NCBI GenBank assembly: GCA_034670305.1
Contig: JAXMNT010000008.1
Span: forward strand, 27,798-91,797
Reading direction: 5' to 3'
Source of the DNA: Deltaproteobacteria bacterium
GTDB taxonomy: Bacteria > Myxococcota_A > Polyangia > Polyangiales > Houyiibacteriaceae
DNA length: 64,000 bases
Below the pieces are notes generated by a model that saw only the letters and a list, made by a program, of their open reading frames with translations, was not told the DNA's origin and searched no databases. This document shows positions 20,796 to 30,665 of the stretch, piece by piece (within the stretch, counting starts at the first letter, position 1; every line of letters starts with the position of its first letter). A program made the translations under genes and the position numbers.

Positions 20796-21947
20796 TCAGG
20801 CGAGCAGGTACGCCGTCTCTGGGTTCTCGCGGCGCCAGATCACGGCGTCCATGAAGTAGTGGTGCAGGTTCACGAACGCGTGGATCGCCGCGAAGTAGGG
20901 CGTCGGTCCCAGGTCGCCGAGTCCTGCGTCCGGCAATACGAACGCATCGAGGGACATCGGCAATCCGCGGAGCAAGAGTCCACCGAGCAGCGCCGCAGAG
21001 ATGGCGAGCATCGCGAGCCGCGTCTTGCGCGAGGTGCCGAACCAGGGCGGGCCTTCGCGTTCCGCGGCTTCGTTGCCGCGCATCAGCCGGACGAAGTAGA
21101 GGTACTGCAGCGAGTGCATCGCGGGCAACGCGTACCGAACCATGGGATCGGCCGCCGAGAAGATGAGCCAGAGCCAGATGCTGGCGAGCAGTGCGGTCAG
21201 CGGTGTGAGGAGCGGCAGCGCACCGTCTCTGCGCCACTTCCGCACCAAGACGAACCCGAGCCACAGCCCGGTGCCGATCGTGGCCGCGAGCGCGACCGGC
21301 TCCATCCACGCCGCGTGGGGCAGCGAGTCGTAGACGACGCCCTTCTCGAACCGCGCGCGCCCCGGATCGAATGGGTTCGCCCACGCGTAGCCCCAGCCCG
21401 CGTAGCAGTGCGCGAGGATCGCGCGGCGTTCGGACAGCGCGAACCGCACGCCGCGGCGTGCGCTCAGCACGACCATCACGCCGAAGCCCTGCTTCACGTA
21501 GTGCCAGCCGACGAGCAAGAACATCAGCTGGATCATCAGCCCGAGTGCGTGGGCCGAGCCGGCGGTCAGTGCCCACGCGCACCAGACGAAGAGCCCGGCC
21601 GGCACGAGCACACCGGCGGCGAGGTACCGCAGGCGTTGCAACGGCGCGAACGCGTCGCCGAACAAACGAACGCGCGCGTCGCGGTAGAAGAGAAGGTACG
21701 TGACGGCGAAGTGCGGATCGTTGAGTACGCGCGCGGCGTGAAAGAAGGTGAACCCGAAGACGAGCTCGCCGGTGTCGAGTCCCACGACGCCGCGCAGCGC
21801 CCACGCGATCGGGAAGAGCAAGAGCGTCGCGCCACCCACGACGAGAAACTCCACCCACGGCCGGACCGGCGGCTGTGCGCGCGGCGTGTGCTCGATCGCT
21901 CCGGACGCGGGCGCAGGCAACTCGAGGGCGGTGGTCGACGAGGTCAC
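20796..21947 (-). CDS. Polytopic integral membrane protein, unknown function
   Basis: 383 aa with about 10 hydrophobic segments. Conserved-looking His-containing stretches: FFHAARVLNDPHF, GWHYVKQGFG, FVNLHHYFMDAVIWRR. Confidence 0.7.
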   Translation of the reverse strand: MTSSTTALELPAPASGAIEHTPRAQPPVRPWVEFLVVGGATLLLFPIAWALRGVVGLDTGELVFGFTFFHAARVLNDPHFAVTYLLFYRDARVRLFGDAFAPLQRLRYLAAGVLVPAGLFVWCAWALTAGSAHALGLMIQLMFLLVGWHYVKQGFGVMVVLSARRGVRFALSERRAILAHCYAGWGYAWANPFDPGRARFEKGVVYDSLPHAAWMEPVALAATIGTGLWLGFVLVRKWRRDGALPLLTPLTALLASIWLWLIFSAADPMVRYALPAMHSLQYLYFVRLMRGNEAAEREGPPWFGTSRKTRLAMLAISAALLGGLLLRGLPMSLDAFVLPDAGLGDLGPTPYFAAIHAFVNLHHYFMDAVIWRRENPETAYLLA

Positions 21948-21974
21948 AGAAGTGCGTGTGTACCGCGGTTCGGG

Positions 21975-22841
21975 TCAGCGGGGTTGCACGCAGCTGGCGA
22001 GAAAGTCTGTGACGGCACGGACGTGCGGGACGTCGCGCAGATCTTCGTGCACGACGAGCCAGACTTCGCGGGGAGGGACGTCGGGTTCGGTGAGCGCCCG
22101 CAAGTTGCGACCCATGAACTGGGGCAAGAGGCCGATCACCGCCCCACTCTGAATCGCGCGCAAACAACCGGAGATGGTGCTCACCCGAAGCACAGGGCGT
22201 TTGCCGGCGAGCCGATCGAGCACCCACCGGTGTTCGGCCGTGCCGTCGAGTCGTTCGTCCAGCAGAACCAACGAGTGCCCGCGAAGCGAGGCGACGTCGG
22301 AGCCATGGCGCGCGATGTAGCTGTCGGTTCCGAAGAGCCCGAAGGGCGCCATGGCGACGCGCCGGCTCCGCACGTTCGCTTCCGTCGGTCGGTCGAGGCG
22401 CAGCGCGACGTCGGCGACGCGCTCTCCGATCGAGACGATGCGGGCTTGGGAACGGAGCACCAGATCGATGTCGGGATGCGCTTCGAAGAACTCGGCGAGG
22501 CGAGGCGCGATGAGGTGGGTGACGACGGTCTCGGCGGTGGAGACCACCACCTTGTGGGTTCCGTCCCGGTGCCGTGCGCCCGCCGATCGGCGGAGGTCGT
22601 CGATCGCCCGCGCCACGTGCTGCGCCGCCGGCAACAGCTGCTCGGCGTCCGGGGTGAGCGAGACGCCGCCCGCGTGGCGGTGCAAGAGGCGCAGCCCGAA
22701 CGAACGCTCGAGCTTGGCCAGCCGGCGACTCACCGTCGCGGTGGAGCAGCCCGCCCGGGTCGCCGCACGGGCCAGCGATCCCTCTTCGGCCGCGTAGAGA
22801 AACAGTCGCAGATCGTCCCAGCTCTCGTCTTCCTGACCCAT
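21975..22841 (-). CDS. LysR family transcriptional regulator
   Basis: ATG verified at 22839-22841. HTH LRLFLYAAEEGSLARAATRAGCSTATVSRRLAKLE. Confidence 0.9.
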   Translation of the reverse strand: MGQEDESWDDLRLFLYAAEEGSLARAATRAGCSTATVSRRLAKLERSFGLRLLHRHAGGVSLTPDAEQLLPAAQHVARAIDDLRRSAGARHRDGTHKVVVSTAETVVTHLIAPRLAEFFEAHPDIDLVLRSQARIVSIGERVADVALRLDRPTEANVRSRRVAMAPFGLFGTDSYIARHGSDVASLRGHSLVLLDERLDGTAEHRWVLDRLAGKRPVLRVSTISGCLRAIQSGAVIGLLPQFMGRNLRALTEPDVPPREVWLVVHEDLRDVPHVRAVTDFLASCVQPR

Positions 22842-22922
22842 CCACCAAGGATTGCACTGCTGCAACGCTGTATAAACTGAATGGCTATTCACATGGCGGC
22901 GCTGGGGCTCAACAGTGTTGTC

Positions 22923-23885
22923 ATGGAAACCACAGCACACTCAGTCGTTTCGTTGACGCAAAACAAGTTGGCCGATCGGCCGACCCAGCCGGTTCGGGAG
23001 GACCAGAAGGAACGTTCCAGAGCGCCCGGGGGAGAGGCCGTCGAGTTCGAGACCGGGGACGGCTTCTTGCTCCGCGGCACCTACTTTCCAGCCGCCGATC
23101 CCGTCGCCACCGTGGTCGTGCATCCGGCCACGTCGGTCCCGGCCGGCTACTACCACCGGTTCGCGGCGTACCTGGCTTCGGAAGGACTCTCGACGCTGAC
23201 CTACGACCTGCGCGGGATGGGCAAGAGCAAACCTCGGACGCTGCGCGGCTTTCACGCCGACAAGATCGTCTGGGGCGAACAAGACATGAGCGCCGCGTTC
23301 GAGTGGCTCGAGGACCGGCATCCTGACCTGCCCCACTTCGTGGTGGGCCACTCGGTGGGCGGACAGTTTCAGGGCATCGCCAAGCGCCCCCAGGACATCG
23401 ACGGACTCCTCTCGGTGGGGAGCGGGTTCGGATCGTGGATGACGATGCGCGCCCCCTACAAGTGGTTCGTCGCGCTCACCTGGTACGTGACGGTGCCACT
23501 GCTCACGCGCCTCTTCGGGTACCTGCCGTCCAAACGGTTGGGGTTCGGCGAGGACCTACCCGCCGCCGCCGCGCAGCAATGGGCCCGGTGGGGCAAACGC
23601 GCCAACTACTTCGCGGACGACTTCCGTCGACGCGACGGGTTCGTACGCTTCAACGCACCGTGGCTCGCGCTCCGCGCCACCGACGACGAAATCACGTCTC
23701 CGGAGAACGCGCAGGGCCTGTACGAGATGTACCCCTACGCGAAGATCGAAGAGCGGGTGCTCGACCCGAAGGACTTCGGCAAACGATCGATCGGCCACCT
23801 GACCTTCTTCCGGCCCCAGAACGCCGACCTCTGGTCGATCGCCAGCGACTGGTTCCGCGCGCTCGCCCAAGCGCGGTCGAACTGA
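22923..23885 (+). CDS. Alpha/beta-fold hydrolase
   Basis: Nucleophile elbow FVVGHSVGGQF. Start is ATG 22923 or 22881. Divergent from the LysR gene. Confidence 0.8.
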   Translation: METTAHSVVSLTQNKLADRPTQPVREDQKERSRAPGGEAVEFETGDGFLLRGTYFPAADPVATVVVHPATSVPAGYYHRFAAYLASEGLSTLTYDLRGMGKSKPRTLRGFHADKIVWGEQDMSAAFEWLEDRHPDLPHFVVGHSVGGQFQGIAKRPQDIDGLLSVGSGFGSWMTMRAPYKWFVALTWYVTVPLLTRLFGYLPSKRLGFGEDLPAAAAQQWARWGKRANYFADDFRRRDGFVRFNAPWLALRATDDEITSPENAQGLYEMYPYAKIEERVLDPKDFGKRSIGHLTFFRPQNADLWSIASDWFRALAQARSN

Positions 23886-23985
23886 TCCGCGCGTGCAAGG
23901 CGTCCACGCACGCACCGCACACACGCATCGGAGGCTTCCACGAGCGTCTGTATGCGGCTCGCCCGATCACACGGGTCTACACCGT

Positions 23986-24867
23986 TCATGGCAAGCGCGG
24001 CCGCGCCGACGCACCCGCGAGCAGCGGGGCCATCTCCTCGAGCCGGGGCAGGAGCAGGTCCACCATCGCCCGCACCCGCGCAGAGCGTTTGAGGTCGGCG
24101 TGGATCAAGAGCCAGAAGTCTGCCGAAGCTTCGGGGATCGGCGATCCGACCCGCTCGAGACTTGGGGTCGGGTCGCCCAGGTAGCAGGGCAATAGCCCGA
24201 GCGCGCGTGTGCACGTGAGCACTCGGTGCATCGCGCCCACCGACGAGACCTCGAGCAAGACCGGAACGTTCGCATGGTGCTTCCGGCGCCATGCCGATGC
24301 CGCCGCCGGGCCCGAACCCTCGGAGTAGATCACCCATGGGAGATCCGGTTCGGTCGACGGGCCGTACACGCACCACGCGATCGTCCCGACCTTGCGTCCG
24401 ACCGCGGTCAGCGGCGGTTCGTTGCTCGGCCTCAGCGCGAGGTCGGCATCGGAACCGAGATCGAGGATGCGATCGTCCGCCCGCAAGATCGGGCGCAACC
24501 CGGGCGCCAGTTCGCGTACGCGCACCAGCTGCGGCGTCACGATCGGGAGCAATGACTCGGGAAGCGTGATCGTGACCGGACCGACCGCACTTCGGTCGTG
24601 GCCCAGCACGCCGCGTTGCGCCGCCAGCACCGCTTCCTCCACCTGCTCGGCGAGCGGAAGCAGCGCTTCGCCAACGCCAGTGAGCGCGTAGCCACGCGGG
24701 TCTCGTTCAAACAGCGTGGTGCCAAGCGCTTCTTCCAAGGCCGCGATCCGGCGGTGGACCGTGGACGCGTTCACCCCCAGTCGGGAAGCGGCGGCGGCCA
24801 GCGTCCCTGCCCGGGCAACGGCGAGAAACGCTGGCAAGTCGTCCCATCGCACATCCGAGCCTTGCAT
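23986..24867 (-). CDS. LysR family transcriptional regulator
   Basis: ATG verified at 24865-24867. HTH LPAFLAVARAGTLAAAASRLGVNASTVHRRIAALEEAL. Confidence 0.9.
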   Translation of the reverse strand: MQGSDVRWDDLPAFLAVARAGTLAAAASRLGVNASTVHRRIAALEEALGTTLFERDPRGYALTGVGEALLPLAEQVEEAVLAAQRGVLGHDRSAVGPVTITLPESLLPIVTPQLVRVRELAPGLRPILRADDRILDLGSDADLALRPSNEPPLTAVGRKVGTIAWCVYGPSTEPDLPWVIYSEGSGPAAASAWRRKHHANVPVLLEVSSVGAMHRVLTCTRALGLLPCYLGDPTPSLERVGSPIPEASADFWLLIHADLKRSARVRAMVDLLLPRLEEMAPLLAGASARPRLP

Positions 24868-24947
24868 TATCGCAAGACTACCATGCGTTCTGCCACCTTG
24901 CTCACTCATCTGCGCAAGCACATTCTGAGCGTCAGGAGGCACGGACG

Positions 24948-25631
24948 ATGATCACCATTCGACGCAGCGAAGAACGAGGACACGCGAACCACGGCTGGTT
25001 GGACAGCCACCACACGTTCAGTTTTGCGGGCTACTACGACCCGCGCTTCATGGGCTTCGGCCCGCTTCGGGTCATCAACGAAGACCGCGTGGACGCCGGT
25101 CGCGGCTTCGGCACCCACCCTCACCAGAACATGGAGATCATCTCCTACGTGGTGCACGGGGCACTCGCCCACCAGGACAGCACTGGCTCGGGCGGCGTCG
25201 TGCACCCGGGTGAGGTCCAGATCATGTCGGCCGGCCGCGGCGTGCGGCACAGCGAGATGAACGGCAGCCAAGCCGAGCCCGTCCACTTCCTCCAGATCTG
25301 GATCGAACCGTCCGAGACGGGCACCGAGCCGAACTACGCGGAACGCTTCTTCGAGCGCACCCCTGGGGCCACGTTGCTCGTGAGTCCCGACGGTCGAGAG
25401 GACAGCCTGCACATCCGACAGGACGCGGACCTGTACCGCGTCTTGCTCTCGCCCGGGACCACCGAGCCCCTCGCGCTGCGCAAAGACCGCGCCTGGGTGC
25501 AGGTCGTCTCCGGCACCGTGACCGTGGATGGAACCGAGCTGCGGGCGGGCGACGGCGCCGCCCTCACCGACACCCAGTCGCTCACGCTCTCGAGCGACGC
25601 CGAAGCCGAGCTCCTCGTCTTCGATCTCTGA
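24948..25631 (+). CDS. Pirin family (bicupin) protein
   Basis: MITIRRSEERGHANHGWLDSHHTFSFAGYYDP...GFGTHPHQNMEIISYV. An AGGAGG lies upstream. Confidence 0.9.
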   Translation: MITIRRSEERGHANHGWLDSHHTFSFAGYYDPRFMGFGPLRVINEDRVDAGRGFGTHPHQNMEIISYVVHGALAHQDSTGSGGVVHPGEVQIMSAGRGVRHSEMNGSQAEPVHFLQIWIEPSETGTEPNYAERFFERTPGATLLVSPDGREDSLHIRQDADLYRVLLSPGTTEPLALRKDRAWVQVVSGTVTVDGTELRAGDGAALTDTQSLTLSSDAEAELLVFDL

Positions 25632-25716
25632 AACCTGCCGGGCCGCGGCGACGCGGTCCGTCTTCGAACCAGGGTTCACCGGTGGTGGGCCCGACCCAAC
25701 CTACGAAAGAACGGTC

Positions 25717-26259
25717 ATGACCCAACTGAAGATCCTCGGCCTCTCCGGCTCGCTCCGAAAAGACAGCACCAACACAGCCCTGCTCCGCGCGGCCGCTGAG
25801 CTCGCCCCCGATGGCGTGTCGCTCGACCTCTACGACTACCGAGATGTGCCGCTCTACGACGGCGACCTGCCCGAACAAGGGTCGGTCGAGGCGCTCAAGG
25901 CGGCCATCGGTGCAGCCGACGCCGTGCTCATCGCCACGCCCGAATACAACTACAGCGTCTCTGGCGTGCTCAAGAACGCGATCGACTGGGCCAGCCGGCC
26001 GGCCTACGAGTCGGTCTTCCGGAACAAGCCGACCGGTGTCGTCTCTGCGGCTGCGAGTTTCGCGGGCGGCGCGCGGGCTCAGCAGCACCTCAAGACGATC
26101 CTGCTCGGCATGGGCACGCCGGTGTTCCCGTGGCCCGAGCTGCTGGTCGCGGGCGCGCACAAGAAGTTCACCGACGGCAAACTCACGGACGAGACGACCG
26201 CGAAGTTCCTCGGGGAGTACCTGGCCGGCTTCGCGCCATGGGCCGCCGCCCAGCGCTGA
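25717..26259 (+). CDS. NAD(P)H-dependent FMN reductase (flavodoxin-like fold)
   Basis: ATG verified at 25717. MTQLKILGLSGSLRKDSTNTALL, ATPEYNYSVSGVLKNAIDWASR. Confidence 0.85.
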   Translation: MTQLKILGLSGSLRKDSTNTALLRAAAELAPDGVSLDLYDYRDVPLYDGDLPEQGSVEALKAAIGAADAVLIATPEYNYSVSGVLKNAIDWASRPAYESVFRNKPTGVVSAAASFAGGARAQQHLKTILLGMGTPVFPWPELLVAGAHKKFTDGKLTDETTAKFLGEYLAGFAPWAAAQR

Positions 26260-26310
26260 GCCCGGCGCTGATCGCCCCGTGTCGGTGCGCGCCTCCCGAG
26301 CGTCGGTCGC

Positions 26311-27885
26311 TCAGCGACACGCCATGAGTGGGCAGCCGTCGACGCCGCCCGCGCAGCGGAAGACCTCCGTACACGCGCCTCGATCCACCGCGCAATGGAC
26401 CTGGTCGACCTCCGTCCCGCAACCACTCGGGTCCGTGTCCCAAAAGAGATCGAACACGCATTCGCCGCCCGGGCCGGCCTCACAGGCGTCGGTGCCGGGC
26501 GGGAAGGGGGCAAACGCCTCGAGCACTCCGTCGCAGTCGAAGTCGTTGCCTCCCTCGCTGTTGCGGGGCCTTCCGAAGTACTCGGTCTGGCCAGGAAACG
26601 CCCGCGCATCGGAGCCATCGCAGTCCTGGCTCGCGACATCGACCGGCGCGCGGTCGGTCCAGTTCTCGGGGCAGACCGAACCACAGTTGGGCGTGGGCGG
26701 CGCGGTCGAGACCGCGAACCCGTCCGAGTCGCCGTCGACGTAGCAGATCACCGCAACGCCTTCGTCTACCTCGCCATCGCAGTCGTCGTCGACCGCGTTG
26801 CAGATCTCCGGTTCGCCGCCGATGGCCCCCATGCACACGCCCCAGCCGTCGCCGGTGCACTCCTGGGTGCCTCGGCTGCAGCGCCCGGTGTCGGAACCGC
26901 AGACCCGGAACGGTTCCGAACAACTGCACCCTTCATCCACGGCGCCGTCGCAATCTTCGTCTCGGTCGTTGCCGCACTCGTCTTCGGTCGGTCCGATGCC
27001 GCAGCCTCCCCAGAGTCCGGAGACGCAGTTTTGAGAGCTCGCAGCGCACGCGCCCGGAAGCGGACAGGTGCGGGAGCTTCCGCTCGTGCACGCGCAGCCA
27101 CCGGGCGGATCGTTCGGCGTTCCAGAGCAGTCGTCGTCGACCTCCTCGGGGTCACACCGGTCGAACGCACCGGGGTGGGTGGACGCGTTCATGTCGTCGC
27201 AGTCACCACCGCGCGCGGCGTACCCAGCCGGCGCCGTGCACGCCTCGACCCGGTCCGCATCCACAGAGACATCGGAGAACCCGTCGCCGTCCATGTCGCG
27301 TACGAAGGTCGCCATCACCCCTTCGTCCGTCGCGCCGTCGCAGTCTTGATCGACGCCGTCGCACTCCTCGGCTTCGCCTGGGTGCACACCAGCGGCTCGG
27401 TCGTCGCAGTCGTCCCCGCATCGGTCCCCGTTGCAGCAGGCGGCATCCGTGAACCCGTCGCCATCGGTGTCGCCGTCGGACCCGAACGTGGACGGGTCGC
27501 AGTCTTCGTCGACCCCAGCCACGTCGCACACCTCGGTCGCAGCCGGGGATACGTTGGGATCGGCGTCGTTGCAGTCGAGGCCACCGCAGCCGACGGCCAC
27601 GACGCCGTCGCCGTCCGCATCTGGCGCCATCGCACAGTCGGACTCGCATGTTTCTGCGACCTCGTCGCAGCGTTGCCCCTCGAGACACGGCGCCGCGCCG
27701 GCAACGCAAACACCTCCTTCGCACCGCTCCGGTCCGTTGCAGAACAGCCCGTCGTCGCAGCCGCGCGCATCGGCGCAGACGACAGACCCGTCACCGGCGT
27801 CGATGGCCCCGCCCGAGTCTCCGCACGAAGCCAGAGCCACCGCCAGGCCGAGCGGCACAAGTCCGATCGAGCGGTTGAACCTCAT
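26311..27885 (-). CDS. Cys-rich secreted lipoprotein with MopE-like 'putative metal-binding motif' repeats (paralogue 2)
   Basis: ATG verified at 27883-27885 (MRFNRSIGLVPLGLAVALASC|GD). Repeated DADGDG...CGGxDCDDxxxxxxPGxxExCDGxDxDCDG units. Confidence 0.8.
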   Translation of the reverse strand: MRFNRSIGLVPLGLAVALASCGDSGGAIDAGDGSVVCADARGCDDGLFCNGPERCEGGVCVAGAAPCLEGQRCDEVAETCESDCAMAPDADGDGVVAVGCGGLDCNDADPNVSPAATEVCDVAGVDEDCDPSTFGSDGDTDGDGFTDAACCNGDRCGDDCDDRAAGVHPGEAEECDGVDQDCDGATDEGVMATFVRDMDGDGFSDVSVDADRVEACTAPAGYAARGGDCDDMNASTHPGAFDRCDPEEVDDDCSGTPNDPPGGCACTSGSSRTCPLPGACAASSQNCVSGLWGGCGIGPTEDECGNDRDEDCDGAVDEGCSCSEPFRVCGSDTGRCSRGTQECTGDGWGVCMGAIGGEPEICNAVDDDCDGEVDEGVAVICYVDGDSDGFAVSTAPPTPNCGSVCPENWTDRAPVDVASQDCDGSDARAFPGQTEYFGRPRNSEGGNDFDCDGVLEAFAPFPPGTDACEAGPGGECVFDLFWDTDPSGCGTEVDQVHCAVDRGACTEVFRCAGGVDGCPLMACR

Positions 27886-29450
27886 CGACACTTGACCTGG
27901 TTCTGGTCCCCGCACGCCGTCGACCCTGCAGCGCACGAGTACACTTGCTCGCACCGGTTGCCACTGGAGTCGCTGATCGTGTCGCAGACGATGTACGTGA
28001 CACGCGTGCCGCAAGCCCGTCGCGAGACAAAGCCTTCTCTCGGTTCGAAGCACGCTCCGCGCGAGTCTTCGACACAGGAGCCGATGACGGTGTCGGTCGC
28101 GGTCTCGATTCCGTCGCAGTCGAAGTCGAAGCTGCCCGAGGTGCGGGGCGTACCGAACGAAGCGGTCTGTCCCGGGTACGCGCGCGGGTCGTCCGCGTCG
28201 CAGTCCCGGTTGGCCGGAGGGGTCGGATCGATGTCGGTGTACCCGACCGGGCACGCGTCGGCGCACACTTCCATCACCGTGGCGGTGACCACCGTGTATC
28301 CGTCGCCATCGGTGTCCTCGAAACATCGAAAGAACACCCCTTCGTCGACGGCGCCATCGCAGTCGTCGTCGAGTTCGTTGCAGGTCTCCGGCGCGGCTTC
28401 GTCGGCGCCCGTGCAGGGGCCCCACACACCGTCCCCGGCGCAGGTCTGCACGCCTCGACTGCACTCGCCGACATCCGTTCCGCAGAAGCGCACTTCGTCA
28501 TCGCACTCGCAGCCGTTGTCGGCGGCCCCATCACAGTCTTCGTCTTCCCCGTTGCCGCAGATTTCCGGGCCCGGAAGCACCGCGCACTCGGCCCACATGC
28601 CCGCCACGCACGTCTGGGTGCTGCGGCCGCACAGGCCCGGTTGGGGACAGCTGCGGACCGCGGCGTTCTCGCACGCACAGCCACCTGGCGGGTCGTTGGC
28701 CGTACCACTGCAGTCGTCGTCGACCATGGCTTCGTCGCATCGGTCGTACGCACCGGGGTGCACGCTCGCCAACGCGTCGTCGCAATCGTCCGCGACCTCC
28801 GCATACCCAACGGGCGCCCGACACGCCTGCGTCGTCTCGGCGTCGGCCGCGTCCGAACCATGCCCGTCGCGGTCCGCGTCGATGGAGAACGTCGCGAGCA
28901 CGCCCTCGTCCGTCGCCCCATCGCAGTCGTCGTCGAGTTCGTTGCAGCTCTCCGCTTCGTCCGGGTGCACCGCGTTGCGGCTGTCGTCGCAGTCGTCGCC
29001 GCAGTTCGTACCGTTGCAACACAGCGCGTCGATGTAGCCGTCGCCGTCCGCATCGCGTTCTCCGAAGGTGGTGGGGTCGCAGTCTTCGTCGACGCTCCCG
29101 CGATCACAGACTTCGGCGTTGCCGGGGAAGCGGTTCGGGTTGCTGTCGTCGCAGTCGGTGCCGCCGCAGTCGACCGAGTCCGCGCCGTCGCCATCGGCGT
29201 CCAGCGTCACCGCGCACTCGGTGACGCACCGGTCGGCGAGCTCGTCGCAGGTCGTGCCGAGCCCGCAGGGCGTCGTCGGCGCCGTGCACACCCCGTCTTC
29301 GCACCGTTCGATGCCGTTGCAAAAGACGCCGTCGTCACAGGCCGCGCACGGGTCCGCCCCGTCGGTGCTGGCGTCCGCGGTGGAAGAATCGTCGTCGCCA
29401 CACGCAACAACCGAGAGACACAGAACCACACAGCAGGTGAAGCGAGACAT
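27882..29450 (-). CDS. Cys-rich secreted lipoprotein with MopE-like repeats (paralogue 1)
   Basis: MSRFTCCVVLCLSVVAC|GD. Same repeat grammar as paralogue 2. Its stop TGA (27882-27884) overlaps the downstream ATG (ATGA). Confidence 0.8.
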   Translation of the reverse strand: MSRFTCCVVLCLSVVACGDDDSSTADASTDGADPCAACDDGVFCNGIERCEDGVCTAPTTPCGLGTTCDELADRCVTECAVTLDADGDGADSVDCGGTDCDDSNPNRFPGNAEVCDRGSVDEDCDPTTFGERDADGDGYIDALCCNGTNCGDDCDDSRNAVHPDEAESCNELDDDCDGATDEGVLATFSIDADRDGHGSDAADAETTQACRAPVGYAEVADDCDDALASVHPGAYDRCDEAMVDDDCSGTANDPPGGCACENAAVRSCPQPGLCGRSTQTCVAGMWAECAVLPGPEICGNGEDEDCDGAADNGCECDDEVRFCGTDVGECSRGVQTCAGDGVWGPCTGADEAAPETCNELDDDCDGAVDEGVFFRCFEDTDGDGYTVVTATVMEVCADACPVGYTDIDPTPPANRDCDADDPRAYPGQTASFGTPRTSGSFDFDCDGIETATDTVIGSCVEDSRGACFEPREGFVSRRACGTRVTYIVCDTISDSSGNRCEQVYSCAAGSTACGDQNQVKCR

Positions 29451-29513
29451 GCCGACAGGGTACGGGATGAACGGTCGCTGACTCAGCGGAAAACCAGCGC
29501 ACGTACGCGCCTC

Positions 29514-30545
29514 TCAGCGGAAGTATGCGCGGACGAGCTCGGCGGCCTCGGCGCGTTTGGCCGACATGTCCTTCGCGAGGAACGCCATGCCCTCGGTGCG
29601 GGCGAGGTTGTGGGCACGCCGGGTTTCATACCGCTCCACGTCCCACCCGAAGTAGTCGTCCTCGAGCACGTCGCGGGCGAACCGCGCGACGAGCTCCCAG
29701 GTGATGAGACGGCCGCAGTCGGCGAGCGATGCGCGCTCCGCTTCCGTCAGTGCCACGCCTTGCGCCGCGTAGCCTCGCAAGAACGCCTCGAACCGTCCGA
29801 GTTCGAACTCGGTCGCTTCGTCTTCTTCGCCGGTCCGGCACCACGAGCGCACCGCATCGCCGAGATCGACCAGCACCGAGTGGCGGTTGCAGGTGTCGAG
29901 ATCGATGAGCGCGAGCGCCTCGTCGCCAAGAAAGAGCACGTTGCTGATCTTGGGATCGCCATGCACCACGTGCCGCGGCAGGTGGCTCGAGAGCAACAGG
30001 CCGGGAAGTTCTTGCTCCACCGCGGCCAGTGTGTCGGCCACGAGCGGCAGGTGGGCCTCGTGCACGGGGTTCGCGGCCGACGTTCGAAAACGCTCCAGAT
30101 GCAGCGCGGTGTCGTGCCCGGGATGCGCGCTTCGGAACGGCGCGTCGAAGTCCGCCATGGCCACGTGAAAGCGGCCGAGCGCACGCGCGGCTTCCTCGAC
30201 GTCGTGGGCGTTGCGCACCGCGGTCCGTGTCTCACCCGGCAGCCGCGTGGTCAGGCGCCAGTAGCGCCGCTTCTCGTCGGCGTCGTCGAACGCGAGCGGG
30301 TGGTCGTCGAGGGTGCGGATCACCACCGGCGAAGGCTGGCCCTTCTTCGCCAGGTGATCCGTGACCGCCACGTAGTCGGCCACGACATCCATGGACGAGA
30401 GCCCGGGGGCAAGCCGCTGAAAAACGTAGCTGCCTTCGCTCGAGTCCACGAAAAAGGTCTCGTGGACCAGCCCCTGTTCCACCGGTTCGACCTGGCCGAC
30501 CCGGCCGATCGAGTACGCCGCCAGCACCGCCTTCGGATCGTGCAT
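29514..30545 (-). CDS. Aminoglycoside/choline-kinase-like phosphotransferase (APH fold)
   Basis: Brenner motif VVHGDPKISNVLF and IDLDT metal-binding motif. Confidence 0.8.
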   Translation of the reverse strand: MHDPKAVLAAYSIGRVGQVEPVEQGLVHETFFVDSSEGSYVFQRLAPGLSSMDVVADYVAVTDHLAKKGQPSPVVIRTLDDHPLAFDDADEKRRYWRLTTRLPGETRTAVRNAHDVEEAARALGRFHVAMADFDAPFRSAHPGHDTALHLERFRTSAANPVHEAHLPLVADTLAAVEQELPGLLLSSHLPRHVVHGDPKISNVLFLGDEALALIDLDTCNRHSVLVDLGDAVRSWCRTGEEDEATEFELGRFEAFLRGYAAQGVALTEAERASLADCGRLITWELVARFARDVLEDDYFGWDVERYETRRAHNLARTEGMAFLAKDMSAKRAEAAELVRAYFR

Positions 30546-30665
30546 GGCGGGAGTCTCGCACGGTTCGGCCTCGCCGCACGCGGCTCGGAAGGATGCTGGC
30601 CGGCGAGGTCATTCGACCGCAAGCTTCGGAATGTGGCGTTCGCCCGGACCCTGCACCCTCTCTTC

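Noticed and set aside
20680-22857. 725-aa minus-strand ORF, with the similar 20859..22880 plus-strand ORF
   Set aside because: They are out-of-frame or antisense shadows of the membrane-protein and LysR genes, with extreme Arg/Ala/Pro composition.
27945-30665. First roughly 900 codons of the 1197-aa ORF 27945..31538
   Set aside because: It is antisense to the Cys-rich lipoprotein and APH-like genes. Only the terminal 290 codons (ada-like, from ATG 30666) carry recognisable domains.
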